Assembly (NCBI GenBank): GCA_002189035.1
Contig: NEEC01000021.1
Location: forward strand, 124,001-188,000
From: Utricularia gibba
Taxonomy: Eukaryota > Plantae > Magnoliophyta
DNA: 64,000 nucleotides
Direction: 5' to 3'
Numbering within the stretch: position 1 is the first letter of the stretch; every line of letters begins with the position of its first letter. Positions 51,292-61,603 of this stretch are shown in pieces. The notes under the pieces are model-generated. The model was given only the letters and a program-made list of their open reading frames with translations, was not told the origin of the DNA and did not search any database. The position numbers and the translations under genes are program-made.

Positions 51292-52029
51292 GGAGTGTAA
51301 ATATACGCCATGCCAAACGTAAACAGGTTTCTTCGAGTGTAAACAGATGTATTAGATTAGTGAAAGAAAAATAGAGTGATGGATATTTATAGAATTTCAT
51401 TGAGATTAATTGTGTGACAATATTAAACTGCTGGAGAGTAATGGAGATCTTTTGCATGGTTTTAAATAATAATTCATTCCATACGGGACCAGGAGGAATA
51501 CTTCCATATTTATTCCTTGTTCTTACACCAATTCGTTTTGATTCTATGTATTGTTTATCCACATCTTTCAAATGAAAGGAATCAAGCATGTAGCTCCCGA
51601 ACTTGGAGCCTGATTTCAACACCTATGAACTACAGGTTTTGTTTTTATGTAAGCTAAGTGTTGAGATTTTGAGGTGCTCTAGACAGAAAGATTTTCCATA
51701 CATTATTGTGTTTGCTATTAAATATTTATAGATTAAAATATTAAACTAGCCATTGTGTAGTTATTGAGTATTTCCCACTCACTATTCTGTCCTTTAGTTT
51801 TTGTGACAACATCAAGTGATGTGCTTGAATGGTTTTGAGTCTTGGGTTTTGATTTCTTTACTTTGTATTATTTATTTTGGACCCCTTTTCCTTTGCAATT
51901 CAACACAGCTTAATTCAATAGATCCATCTTTCTTTCATGTTCTTCCTCTTCAACGTAGACTTCCAATCCAAATTCAACAGTTTCGGTCAGTTTCACAAGA
52001 TTTGCAAGGATCAATTCATCATCTTTGAT

Positions 52030-52756
52030 AAATGAAAATTTCTTTAAATCATTGCATAAGATGAAATCTTCGTATCAAATAAATCTATAATTCTTAATAT
52101 ACACAAAATACAAATTCAAAACTTGCATAATAGATTTCGAGGTCGATCAAGGAGCAGGTGCTTGCAAAGTATTTTATCATATGTAAAATTTGGAATAAAT
52201 TTTGTTTTAATCTAAGTTCAAACTAACAGTAATAGGCAAGTTCAATATGTAAAATCAAGGCTCGATGTGGAAAATAACAAATACTTGTTCTAAGTACAAA
52301 GTAATATTAAGATGTCTTAAGAGTTTGCAGGTAATGCTATAGTAAGGTTCCTGATTTAATTTACAATGTTTCTATAATCAAAACCTCAAATAACCTAAGT
52401 TTATGGAGGTCATTTATTATGTTTTTTTATTAAGATAGCCCTTAATGTCATTACCCATTCCATACTTAGGTCTACCCATGTACAAGAAATATAGAACTAG
52501 GTCTATCTAGTTCTCCTGATTCTATCTAGGATAAACACCTACTATTTCCACCTTCATTTATTGGTTTATCTTTAAATCAAACATCTGAGTTGCAAAATTG
52601 TTTGTGTCACCCCTTAGGTCTATGCGAGGAATGATAGGAATGAAAGCTAAGATACAATTATCAATCATATTATGAACTCTAATCCACATCACCTATCCAC
52701 ACCTTAGGGCATCCCTAAGGTTTAGCTACTCATGTGTGGGAAATAAGCTATGATAT
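52030..52756 (-). mobile_element. 3' part of a gypsy LTR (family of 29421-30786)
   Basis: Collinear reverse-complement match to 30110-30786, e.g. atatagaactaggtcta versus tagacctagttctatat, and tttagctactcat versus atgagtagctaaa. Confidence 0.75.
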
Positions 52757-53358
52757 TGTTAAAGGTGAAAATCGGCGTCCGAGATGAGGCCGATTTGTTG
52801 GCTAAAAATGCGACCAGAAATATCACGCCTTGTTATGCTTTTTTGCGATTTGTTCGATTTGATCAACAGAAATAACGGCAGGCATAGATTTTTACGTGGA
52901 AACCGTCGTAAGACATAAAAAACCACGGAGCTGTCGGAGGTCGCCGGAAAAAGTCCTTACTAGACAGAGGTGATGAAGAAAGGTACAGGTTGGGAGGCTT
53001 AGGGTCGAACCCTTTCTCCGTTATGATTTCTTTTATTTATAGAAGAGACCGATCTGACCGAATCATGAGTTCTGCTGGTGTCGGCTACCTTTTTGTACTT
53101 ACTGTGATCTTGTTTTTCAGGTGATTGCCGCCTGTTCTGCCATGACTCGACCACTTTTCAGACTATGCCATACTGCTGCTGTCAAATCTGTTGGTATGAG
53201 TTGTCTCATCAGGACTCCTTTTGGTAGACTTATAGATTGCTTGCATGAAATCCTTGTAGGCTTTCCTGATTTTTGGAACTTGGTGCTAGACTCAAAAAGG
53301 ATTAATAACATGGAATGGGTTAAATCAAAAGATTTAGTCCATTTGTACACATAATTCA
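52757..53358. mobile_element. Copia-like LTR (family of 13559-14105)
   Basis: Shares tgaaaatcgg, tggaaaccgtcg and tatttatagaagagac..atctga.cgaat in order with 13559-14105. The right end is approximate (flanks GATAT/TATAT). Confidence 0.6.
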
Positions 53359-53709
53359 TATATTCCCTAAATTTATCATTTTCATATCATAAAAATGGAA
53401 AAATTTGTGTGTTTTCAATCTTCTAATACCAAACACAAAGATATATTGTTTGCATTAAATGATAGTATCTATGGGATTGGGCGCATCCATGGGGTGTTTT
53501 ATCATGGCTGGGGGGAGAAATTACCAAACACCAAGCATTCCATCCCATCACACTTGGTGCAAACGAGGTTTTTCAGTTGAGAGAAAAACAAAACCTATGC
53601 CTTTGCCTATGAATATCAAGTAATATTTTTCACATCAAGAAATTCATTGAACATTTTTCTCTTTATGGATTTGATAGATTTGAAGTTTTAAGTAGAGAGC
53701 AAAATGTGA

Positions 53710-53962
53710 GAAGAAGTTTAACGAATTGAAAGTTGTTGAAACTCATTGGAAGATCAATCGGCCAAAATAACCATGAGGCATGAGCGCCTACAATATTTAT
53801 AAGTTTCTTCCTCTGGACCGAATTTGTAACCTTCATGAGCAGATTCATTTGGTGTGGTTTCCCTGATCAAACTTGAACTTACTGAATTATGAAGAGCACT
53901 AAATAGGGAGCAGCAGAATCCACCAGCTACACCCAACACGTGAAATGGACGTATAAGGTTGG
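53710..53962 (-). pseudogene. psbA: Plastid psbA (D1) internal fragment (NUPT)
   Basis: [50 protein letters not shown], then after a frameshift [14 protein letters not shown], versus D1 [72 protein letters not shown]. Confidence 0.96.
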
Positions 53963-54701
53963 CGTTAATTTGAAATATGCCCCCATCTCTCTCCATCTAA
54001 ATTTGAGAGATGGGTACCCTCAAAAAATTCGTTGCAAATTGGTCATCATTCGCTTATAATTATTTTATAATTTAGTAAGATAAACATTCTTTTGAAAATG
54101 TTGTTGGTACGTGCATATCATTTGAAATCCAAATTAATAACGTTTGGATAACTTATTTAGCATAAACACTGAGTTTTAGATCATGTATACTATGTAATTG
54201 ATTGTTCACTCTTTCGGTTACTTCATTAACCAAAAGATTGCATGTTCATGTTTTATGAGCATAACATATTTGAAAATTTAATATTTTATATCAATCTGTA
54301 TAATATTATGTAGTTAAATAAAAAAATAATGAAATATCAATTTTTTTTTAAATAGCTAACTACTAAAGGCGCGGTTGGTTGTTGTGTTTGGCCTAAACCC
54401 AGGTTTAGTTTATTTGGGTTTAGGTAACCCGGTTTTATGGGTTTAAACGGTGTAAATCATGTTTGGTTGATGGATTTGGATTATTTGTGTTTAAATGAAT
54501 ACACGTTTAGTACGTGGGTATAAAATTTGATTTATGAATAATTTTCAAATAAATTTACCAATATAGTCTTCCCCAACAATAACTACTCCTCTTTATTACC
54601 GTTTGTTTTCCCCTTCGTCCATCGACTTTCACACCCGGTTGTCGCGGTGCTGCCGCGTGACGAGATCTCTCGATTTCACAAGTAATTGAGAGTGAAGAGC
54701 C

Positions 54702-55860
54702 ATGGGTAAGTCCAGATTGTATACTCCCTTCGTTGTGCATAGTTTCTCATTTGAAAGCCGTTGAATTTTGAGTCAATTTTACAATTTACTTGTTGTAAGT
54801 GCTTGGTGTAGGTGCTTTGTTCTTGTTGTTTTCTTTCCTCCAGAATAGAATGCAGGTATGCACAACCCAATCGTGGTGGAAAACTCTCACAAAAGACTTG
54901 TTGCACGCTTTGAAGCAGATAGTGAAAGAAGGCTAGAAAATTGAGAATGGTTTTAGGGGTGGGTATCACTAAGCGTTGGAGAAAGAGTTCTTGAAACTCC
55001 GCCCTAGAACCGACATCCGTCCACACCCGCATATATCTAGCAAGGTGCATACCTGGAAAAAAGACTACTACCTCCTTGTAGATTTTTTATCAAGGTCAGG
55101 CACTAGTTTCAGTGAGCTGACCTACACCGTAGACGCAGACGAGGAGGTTTGGAAGGAGATTGATCAGGTAAGTATGCCTTGTTTTCGTGGTGTTATATCC
55201 GGTGCTTACTGTGTTATTATGTCAGCACGCAGCCAGGTTGCGCGTCCTAAGACACAAAGCATGGCCGTATTACATGGAGTGGCAGGAAATCTTTGGAAAG
55301 GATCGGGCTACAGAAGATAATACGATGAGCTATATAGCCGCGACCAGGAAGAGGAAATTGATGGAAGATGTTGAGGAGAATTTGGAAGCATCTTCGAATT
55401 GCCCTCTGGACCCAGATAGCACTGGATAGGATATGAACTTCTCATATGCTAGCACACCTTGTGACCCTTTTGGTTGTGCTGCGAAGGGTGTGCGCCTTGT
55501 AGGGACTCCGAGTCACACAACAGCACCGACTTCTCGCGGTAGACTGGACGAAGCGGACGGGAACTGAGGGGAATCGATGATGATGCGCAGTTCCTCAAAG
55601 AAATGAAGGAGCTGAACATGCGCACATGCGAAGAGCTTCGTCACTCGGGATTAAAAGTGGTGAGGCAAGCATGGGAGTTGGTGGACAATCAACGTCAGGC
55701 ATGGGAGATCATTAGAGGTATGCCATTACAGTTAACTGCCATCCAATGTTTTACCATAGCAGAGATGATTAGTTCCAACCCTTCGAGGTTGTGCTACTTT
55801 TGGGCTGTACAATGAAAGTAAACAGTCATTGGGTGCAAGATGGTGGAGAATGAGGGTGAC
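54702..55860 (+). pseudogene. Harbinger Myb/SANT-like DNA-binding protein (ORF1)
   Basis: ATG-G|GTAAGT at 54702. LLHALKQIVKEG*KIENGFRGGYH*ALEKEFLKLRPRTDIRPHPHISSKVHTWKKDY, then a GT-AG intron at 55168-55225, then HAARLRVLRHKAWPYYMEWQEIFGKDRATED. Premature stops present. Confidence 0.9.
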
Positions 55861-55871
55861 CAGAACCTCAC

Positions 55872-56419
55872 TGGGTTGTGTAGTGACGTGTACGGCACAT
55901 CATCGATGAGTAGCGTATTAAGACGGTGACATGAGTCAAAAGCTTAAACTTAACCGCGTTGTTCCTATTGTCATGCACCGGATAACCTATGTCCAATGTC
56001 CTGGATCCATCCCATTGGAAGAGGAGCTTGCTGGCGACTGCAGGCCCTCGTAACCATTGGACCACATCGTGCAATTGTTCACTGAAACATGTTGTCAGAA
56101 AAAAGAAAGGTTAGCATCGTGCAGATCCCAATGCCTGCTAACTAGTCAATCTTACCATCCGCTGGAAGACCAGATGGAGACGCCAAAGTGTTCCATGCAA
56201 AACTGTATCAACTCACGTGCACCTGGTCGAAGATACACTACAACCACAACAAATAGTACTGAAACATGCACCAAATATTACACGCATATCAAATACACCA
56301 ACTCAGGATCTTCATTCGTACTCTTACGTTGTCTACGGTGTCGAGGGGTTCCACACCACAGATGCTGTGTCCTAGGGGCATTGATAAAGGGGGGCAAGAC
56401 GTCCTCTAGTAACTTTGTT
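55872..56419 (-). pseudogene. Cargo gene 3' part: NIF/FCP1-homology (HAD-family CTD-phosphatase-like) domain, three exons
   Basis: Exons 56419-56328, 56237-56156 and 56081-55872, joined by GT-AG introns of 90 and 74 nt, splice in frame. Product: TKLLEDVLPPF..RQLYLRPGARELIQFCMEHFGVSIWSSSGCEQLHDVVQWLRGPAVASKLLFQWDGSRTLDIGYPVHDNRNNAVKFKLLTHV//NTLLIDDVPYTSLHNP. This matches the plant NIF-family pattern KRP..EF..FC.E.FEVGIWSS..KLLF.WD...GY..LENR..P..FK.L..NT..IDD.PYKAL.NP. Confidence 0.85.
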
Positions 56420-56554
56420 CTGCAAGAGAACAAATTCACAAACCCCCTTCTTGCATGTTTTGGCAATACCTCAATGCCGACAACGACAACAACAAAGCAC
56501 ATGAGTACTATTGCAGACGATGTTAACATATTCGAAGTAATTTTTTGTGACTAC

Positions 56555-57053
56555 CTGATGGGTGTCAAACGTTCTCTGACACTGTCAATGTTGTTGCCCA
56601 TTCTGGAGCGGTGGGTGGGCATACCCATACAAAACTAGTCTCCCAATCATCATATGCGCTTCTAACGTCTGTAACCAGAACCACGCCAGATTTTCCATGA
56701 AGCGAGTAGTGCGGACTCCCCTTATGTTGCACACTAACATAAACCTCAAAGAAAATTCACATTTCCAGGGGGTATATCCTCCTCTTCATAGATCTACAGA
56801 AATGCAAGTACGTGCACCACATAATGTGGTGTGAGGTGGGAGAGTGGGATCTAGAGTGCGGCAAGTATCTGCACCAAGAAAAGGGGCGGAGCAGTCGCAA
56901 TCCACACTGAAAGTGCTGGGTGCTGACGGCAAATCCCGATGCTCCAACTCTAGGCGACGGTTCGGCGTCGGACGTTTTGCCTGGTTGTTTATCCCACATC
57001 ACATAACCGTCGGGAATTGAGAAGCGGGCAGGTAGTTTCTCACACGTCAACAT
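56555..57053 (-). pseudogene. Cargo gene 5' part: probable Transposase_28-like (gypsy extra-ORF type) domain
   Basis: With two frameshifts: RFSIPDGY..FQCGLRL/PPLFLVQILAAL*IPLSHLTPHYVVHVLAFL*IYEEEDIPP/LEM*IFFEV..HYSLHGKSGVVLVTDVRSAYDDWETSFVWV. This resembles the pattern F..GLRLP.HPF..LL....P.QL.PN...F...W...FFFV. It ends at a GT donor at 56554. Confidence 0.55.
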
Positions 57054-57364
57054 CTACGAAAAACAACAGACGTCTTACTCGACGAACACAATGAAGAATT
57101 TGAAATGCTGAAGGCAAAGGTTCCTATCGTCGCAACGCTGTTCTGATGAGGTTTTCAATGATTTTATTGTCGCGGTGCTGCTGTGCGTTTGCAGAATTAA
57201 TGAAGTTGTTTTGGAAAGTGTTATATGTCAGGCACCTTTATTATGCACAGGGTGGGTATTAATAGCGGTGGGCAGTTGTCAACCGCCCAACGCATTTAAT
57301 ACTTGATAACTGCAGTATTTTATAGCAATTTTTTTTTGAAACTCAGAGCACCTGATTAGGCGGC

Positions 57365-57722
57365 ACGTGGTGCTATGTTGTGCGTAGCGTAGCACAGGCA
57401 TTTAGAAGCATTGTATATTACGGATCGCGGTGTTTGGTCAAATGGAGTATTATTGTACTACCAATCACCCTCGCTAATATGCACCAGCTTCACACTCATC
57501 TACTTCACATATTTTGACAGCACCGGATACGATGAAACACGCGGTGCTGCGCTGTGCACAGCGTAGCCTAGGCGTTTTGAAGCACCAGATATTACGGATC
57601 ACGGTGTTTGGTCAAATGGCATATTGGTGTACTACCAAATACCCTCACTACTACGCACCAACTTCACACTCATCTTCATCATAAATTTTGACAGCATCGG
57701 ATACGATGAAACATGCGGTGCT
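57365..57722. repeat. Tandem duplication, 2 x 174 bp
   Basis: ttacggatc.cggtgtttggtcaaatgg at 57418 and 57592; gatgaaaca.gcggtgct at 57531 and 57705 (offset 174 for both). Confidence 0.9.
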
Positions 57723-58039
57723 ACTAAAAACTTTGGTGTCGTACAAGCCTCCGCAGCACCTCGTCGGGAGATCGCGGTGCTGGCTCCAATGATCCACCAT
57801 GTGGTACCATGTTACCCTATGGTAACACATGACACTACGGTTCAATCTCAACACCATTTGCAGCAACCACCAAATACGATGCATACAGGTGTTCAAGTTG
57901 GAGTATCAACTGGAGCTTAACTTGTTATGACTTTGCAATGCAAACAGTTGTGCTTAACAAATCCAGTACAATCGACATGATAGGTTCTGAACGGGAATTT
58001 AGTAAAACAACTAGCTTGACAATGTCTAAAGCAGTGCTA

Positions 58040-59370
58040 CATTAGCGGCGTCTGTGGGATGCTAGCCACTCGGTGTACATCACCTCAGCTTGCTTGTCAC
58101 GTCACCTATTCCATGCGTGATTTCCTACGGCAAATGTCGTTACGTCTTGTATATCACTCGTGTCCCCACCTTCATCCTGGAAGTCCAATGGGACCTGATC
58201 CTCCAGGGGATCAACCACCATCTCCTTTTGAATGAAGTTATGGAGCAAAGCACATGTCAATACAATGCAATTCAGTGTGTCTACCGAATAGTAGCTAGCC
58301 ATCCGTAGTATACCCCACCACATCTTCATCAAGCCCCAAGCTCGTTCGATCACATTTCTGGCTGATGCATGCCGGATGTTGAATAGCTCCTTCGCATTCT
58401 GGAGGTACTCCATTTCCCTGTCTCCACTCCTTCAAGTGATAACGGACTCCACGGTATGGTGCCAAAAAGCCCTCCCTATTGGCATATCCATTTTCACATA
58501 GGTAATATGTTCATGTGTCATCACGTATACATGGTGCATAAAATCATTGGAATCACATGCGCAAAGGCTAAACAAGTGAAATACCTGGGCATACACGGAA
58601 GCCGTCGGATCGTGATAGTGCATCGTTTAGCACCCGACTATCTGCAGCAGACCTCTCCCACCCAGCAAGCAAATATATAAATTTCATTTGTTCATCACAT
58701 ACACCCAACACGTTGGTGGATATCACACCCTTTTGATTTATGTACCTTGCAGCGTCACATATCTTAACTCGTATACCAATGTATGTACCATCTATGGCCC
58801 CGACACAACCCTGCAAATGCATAATCAATTTTAGATACATTCTTAAAAATAAGTACGAAAGATGTGTCAACCTAGAAGTGTTTGAACTTTTCTTCGGATG
58901 CACGTTCTCCAGCAGCTACTGGGGTCTCTAAGAGTACCTCATGAAGGCAAAGCACCGCATGCAACACCTTTTGGAAGCACCGAGACTGTCTCAGTGCTCC
59001 TCCCGTAGACATGCTTCTACACCCGCATTCTTTTATGGTGACCTAATATTCCTAAAAACATGCAAATCATCTTCGGAACCGTTACATATTTTCCAACCTT
59101 TAAACTAGAACGATTTTCTAATAGGCTACATAAAATACCCAACGCATCTCGGCTAATTCTCAAGTTCTCAATGAATGCGCTGTTCACATCACTCACCAAC
59201 CTATTAATATACTCAATTTGTCTAGGAATCTTGTGTGTAAGTGAATACCTGCGTCTCACCCTATATCCCCTACGCTATTTTTTCTAATGTAAGTATACTA
59301 ACACATTCATCTGCATCAAGTATTTGGTTAAAACTGCCGCATCCGAACTCAAGATGACATGACCCTCCAT
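58040..59370 (-). pseudogene. Harbinger DDE transposase (DDE_Tnp_4 type), two introns
   Basis: N-terminal ENLRISRDALGILCSLL..VTVPKMICMFLGILGHHK. Exon 58810-58585 gives GCVGAIDGTYI..NVLGVCD..FIYLLAGWERSAADSRVL. The last exon gives YYLCENGYANREGFLAPYRGVRYHL../ELFNIRHASARNVIERAWGLMK..LHNF. The second catalytic Asp reads Glu, and there are frameshifts and stops. Confidence 0.95.
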
Positions 59371-60018
59371 GAAAAAATCCATATCCTCTCAACAGTAGCA
59401 AAAATCGAGCAAAATAAATCCACACACACAGCACAATGGATTTAGACATTGGAAAATCACAGATAAAAACCCACTATGCGGTGCTGCTGTGGTTGGCCTT
59501 ATGTAGTGCTACCATGGACCAACCCACCAAGAATAGAAAGCACACTTACCGAAAGACCCACCCTTTTTGCACCCAAAGAACACCCGACGCCGTCGGCAAA
59601 TCACGAACAATGTCTGGTTTGTAGATATGCATTCAAATGTGGTTCACACGAGGATAAAATTGGAAGCGACGAGTCTTGTTTAGCTAAACCGACCCCCCTC
59701 CCATGGGTTTAGCCAAACCCAGCTTGGTAGGTTCCTGCCGGTTTATGGTCAACAGGCAGGTTTATTTTTACAACCTAAAACCCACGAACCAAATGTGGGT
59801 TTATATCTAAACCTACGCCGCAACCCACCTAAACCCACCAACCAAACGTGCCCTAAGTGAAAGATTACCAATTTGCGAAGGTACCCAGCAGCGGTAAGAC
59901 ATAGCATGCAAGCATTATCTGGAATGCTTGGGTGTAAGGCGTTTGTAAGGCGAAGGTTGGCTTTTAAATATAGTATTTACTTAATCTCATAATCCCTTAT
60001 TTGCTATAACTTGTAAAG

Positions 60019-61156
60019 TGATAACACATATTTTTGAATAATTGAATACAAGGAAATAACTCATATTTTCTATGAAAATTAAGTTTTATTGCTCAATTCT
60101 ATATTTTTGCACATAGTACCGTAGTTGTATTGTTTTAACTTTACTTCTAATAGTTTTCTTTGAGCAATGCAGCGATTGACAGTCAACACAAATCCCAAGA
60201 AGTCGAATATGAACACTGCAATAGCAGAGGATAAGGCAAAAGTCTGAAAAGGAGTACACAAAATCGAAAAAAGAGAAAAAAGAGGATTTTGGACAAAAGG
60301 TGGACAAGATGGGGGGAGAAAAAATATCTCCTCCATTGGAGACACAAGGGACATTCTTTCTGGAGAATTTTATGAGGTGGAAGAAGGAAGGGGACGACGA
60401 CCCTGAAAAACTAGTTTTTCTTTGAAAATTTTCTTTTGTTCTTGATAAACTGTTCCTAATTGAGATTAGTTTTCGATTTACTACATGGACAATTTGACTT
60501 TTCTATTTCTATTATGCACTGCTTGTTGTTGTTTAACTTTGAAACCAGAATGTGGCTTAGGATATGCTATGAAAACGTTTTTCTTTCCCTTGTTATGAGT
60601 GGCTAAGAATTTAAGGGGTGCCTTGGGATGAAAGAGAGAGAAATGTGCTAATCAATCTTTAGACCTAATCATCCATAACTCAACCACTTCCTTAACAAAC
60701 CAAGATAGATTTAGGAGGGGAAGTAGTAAAACCCAGCTTAATAATCCTAATTAGAGATAGACCAAAGATTAGGGGGAAAAAAGAAGTCTGGGTAGACTTC
60801 GATTTTATGTGTTAGTTGTTTGATTTATGATTTATGTGAACTTGTTTAGTGATAAGCATACATGTCCTAAGAGTCGCAAAACATCACCCATTTCATTCCA
60901 GTAATATTCAAGTTCAGAAACTTGTTATTTTTCTTTACTGTATTTTATCACAATTCTGTCTTAGTCCTAGTTAAGACCAAATCTATCAACGTGACATTAA
61001 TTTTATACATTGACAATCACATGACAAGCACCTGCTCTTCGTGTTCGACCCTAATCACTATGCTCATAATTGTATTATGTTTTAATGTGTATTATTTTAT
61101 AAATTTATTTAATGGAAGATTTACATTTTAACAACGTGTAATTTTTTTGTTTATCA
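60019..61156 (+). mobile_element. Gypsy solo LTR (1138 bp) with TAAAG TSD
   Basis: tgataac...tttatca ends and a perfect TSD TAAAG at 60014-60018 and 61157-61161. Homologous to 39572-40748. Confidence 0.88.
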
Positions 61157-61603
61157 TAAAGTACCCATAAATATTAATGAAATTATCAAAAGTATAATAA
61201 TAAAAAACTATAAAGTTGCTTTTTGAAATAAAAATAAAATAAAACACTTATTTAAGTATATCTTTAGTTTTTTATTTTATATATTTATCATATAATAAAT
61301 GCATAAATACTAGTTGTTTATCATTTTAACAAACCGTAAAGACAGTAGCGGTTAGCTCATAAATAAAATAATTCGCTTCATAAATATAATAGTTATATAA
61401 TTATTAATAATAAGTTTATCATAATAATAATTGACAAACACAAAATAAATAAGATCAACGAATGAGATCATTTACAACTAATATCATCTGTCGTTTCTAA
61501 CAAAAAAATATTTTGTTTGCATATATCATGCCTTTTTTAATCTATTCTTATTTCTGTAGAACATAAAAAAAAATCAAAAACTTTGTATTGCTTTACATCA
61601 TAA

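Larger units (their letters stand above)
54367..59853. mobile_element. Full-length PIF/Harbinger DNA transposon (5487 bp) with three genes
   Basis: TIRs aggcgcggttggttg (54367) and the reverse complement of caaccaaacgtgccc (59839-59853) match at 12/15. TAA TSD at 54364-54366 and 59854-59856. Myb/SANT ORF on plus and DDE transposase on minus, with an extra spliced gene between them. Confidence 0.93.

Noticed and set aside
51251-51622. 123-aa minus-strand ORF
   Set aside because: Its 3' end overlaps a plastid IR spacer fragment and I recognise no protein family. It is probably chance openness in mosaic NUPT DNA.
53525-53565. Possible plastid 5S rRNA fragment
   Set aside because: The alignment needs several gaps over ~40 bp and is too weak to call.
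56057-56638. 193-aa plus-strand ORF inside the Harbinger
   Set aside because: It is the antisense shadow of the spliced minus-strand cargo gene. It crosses that gene's introns and has no recognisable motif.
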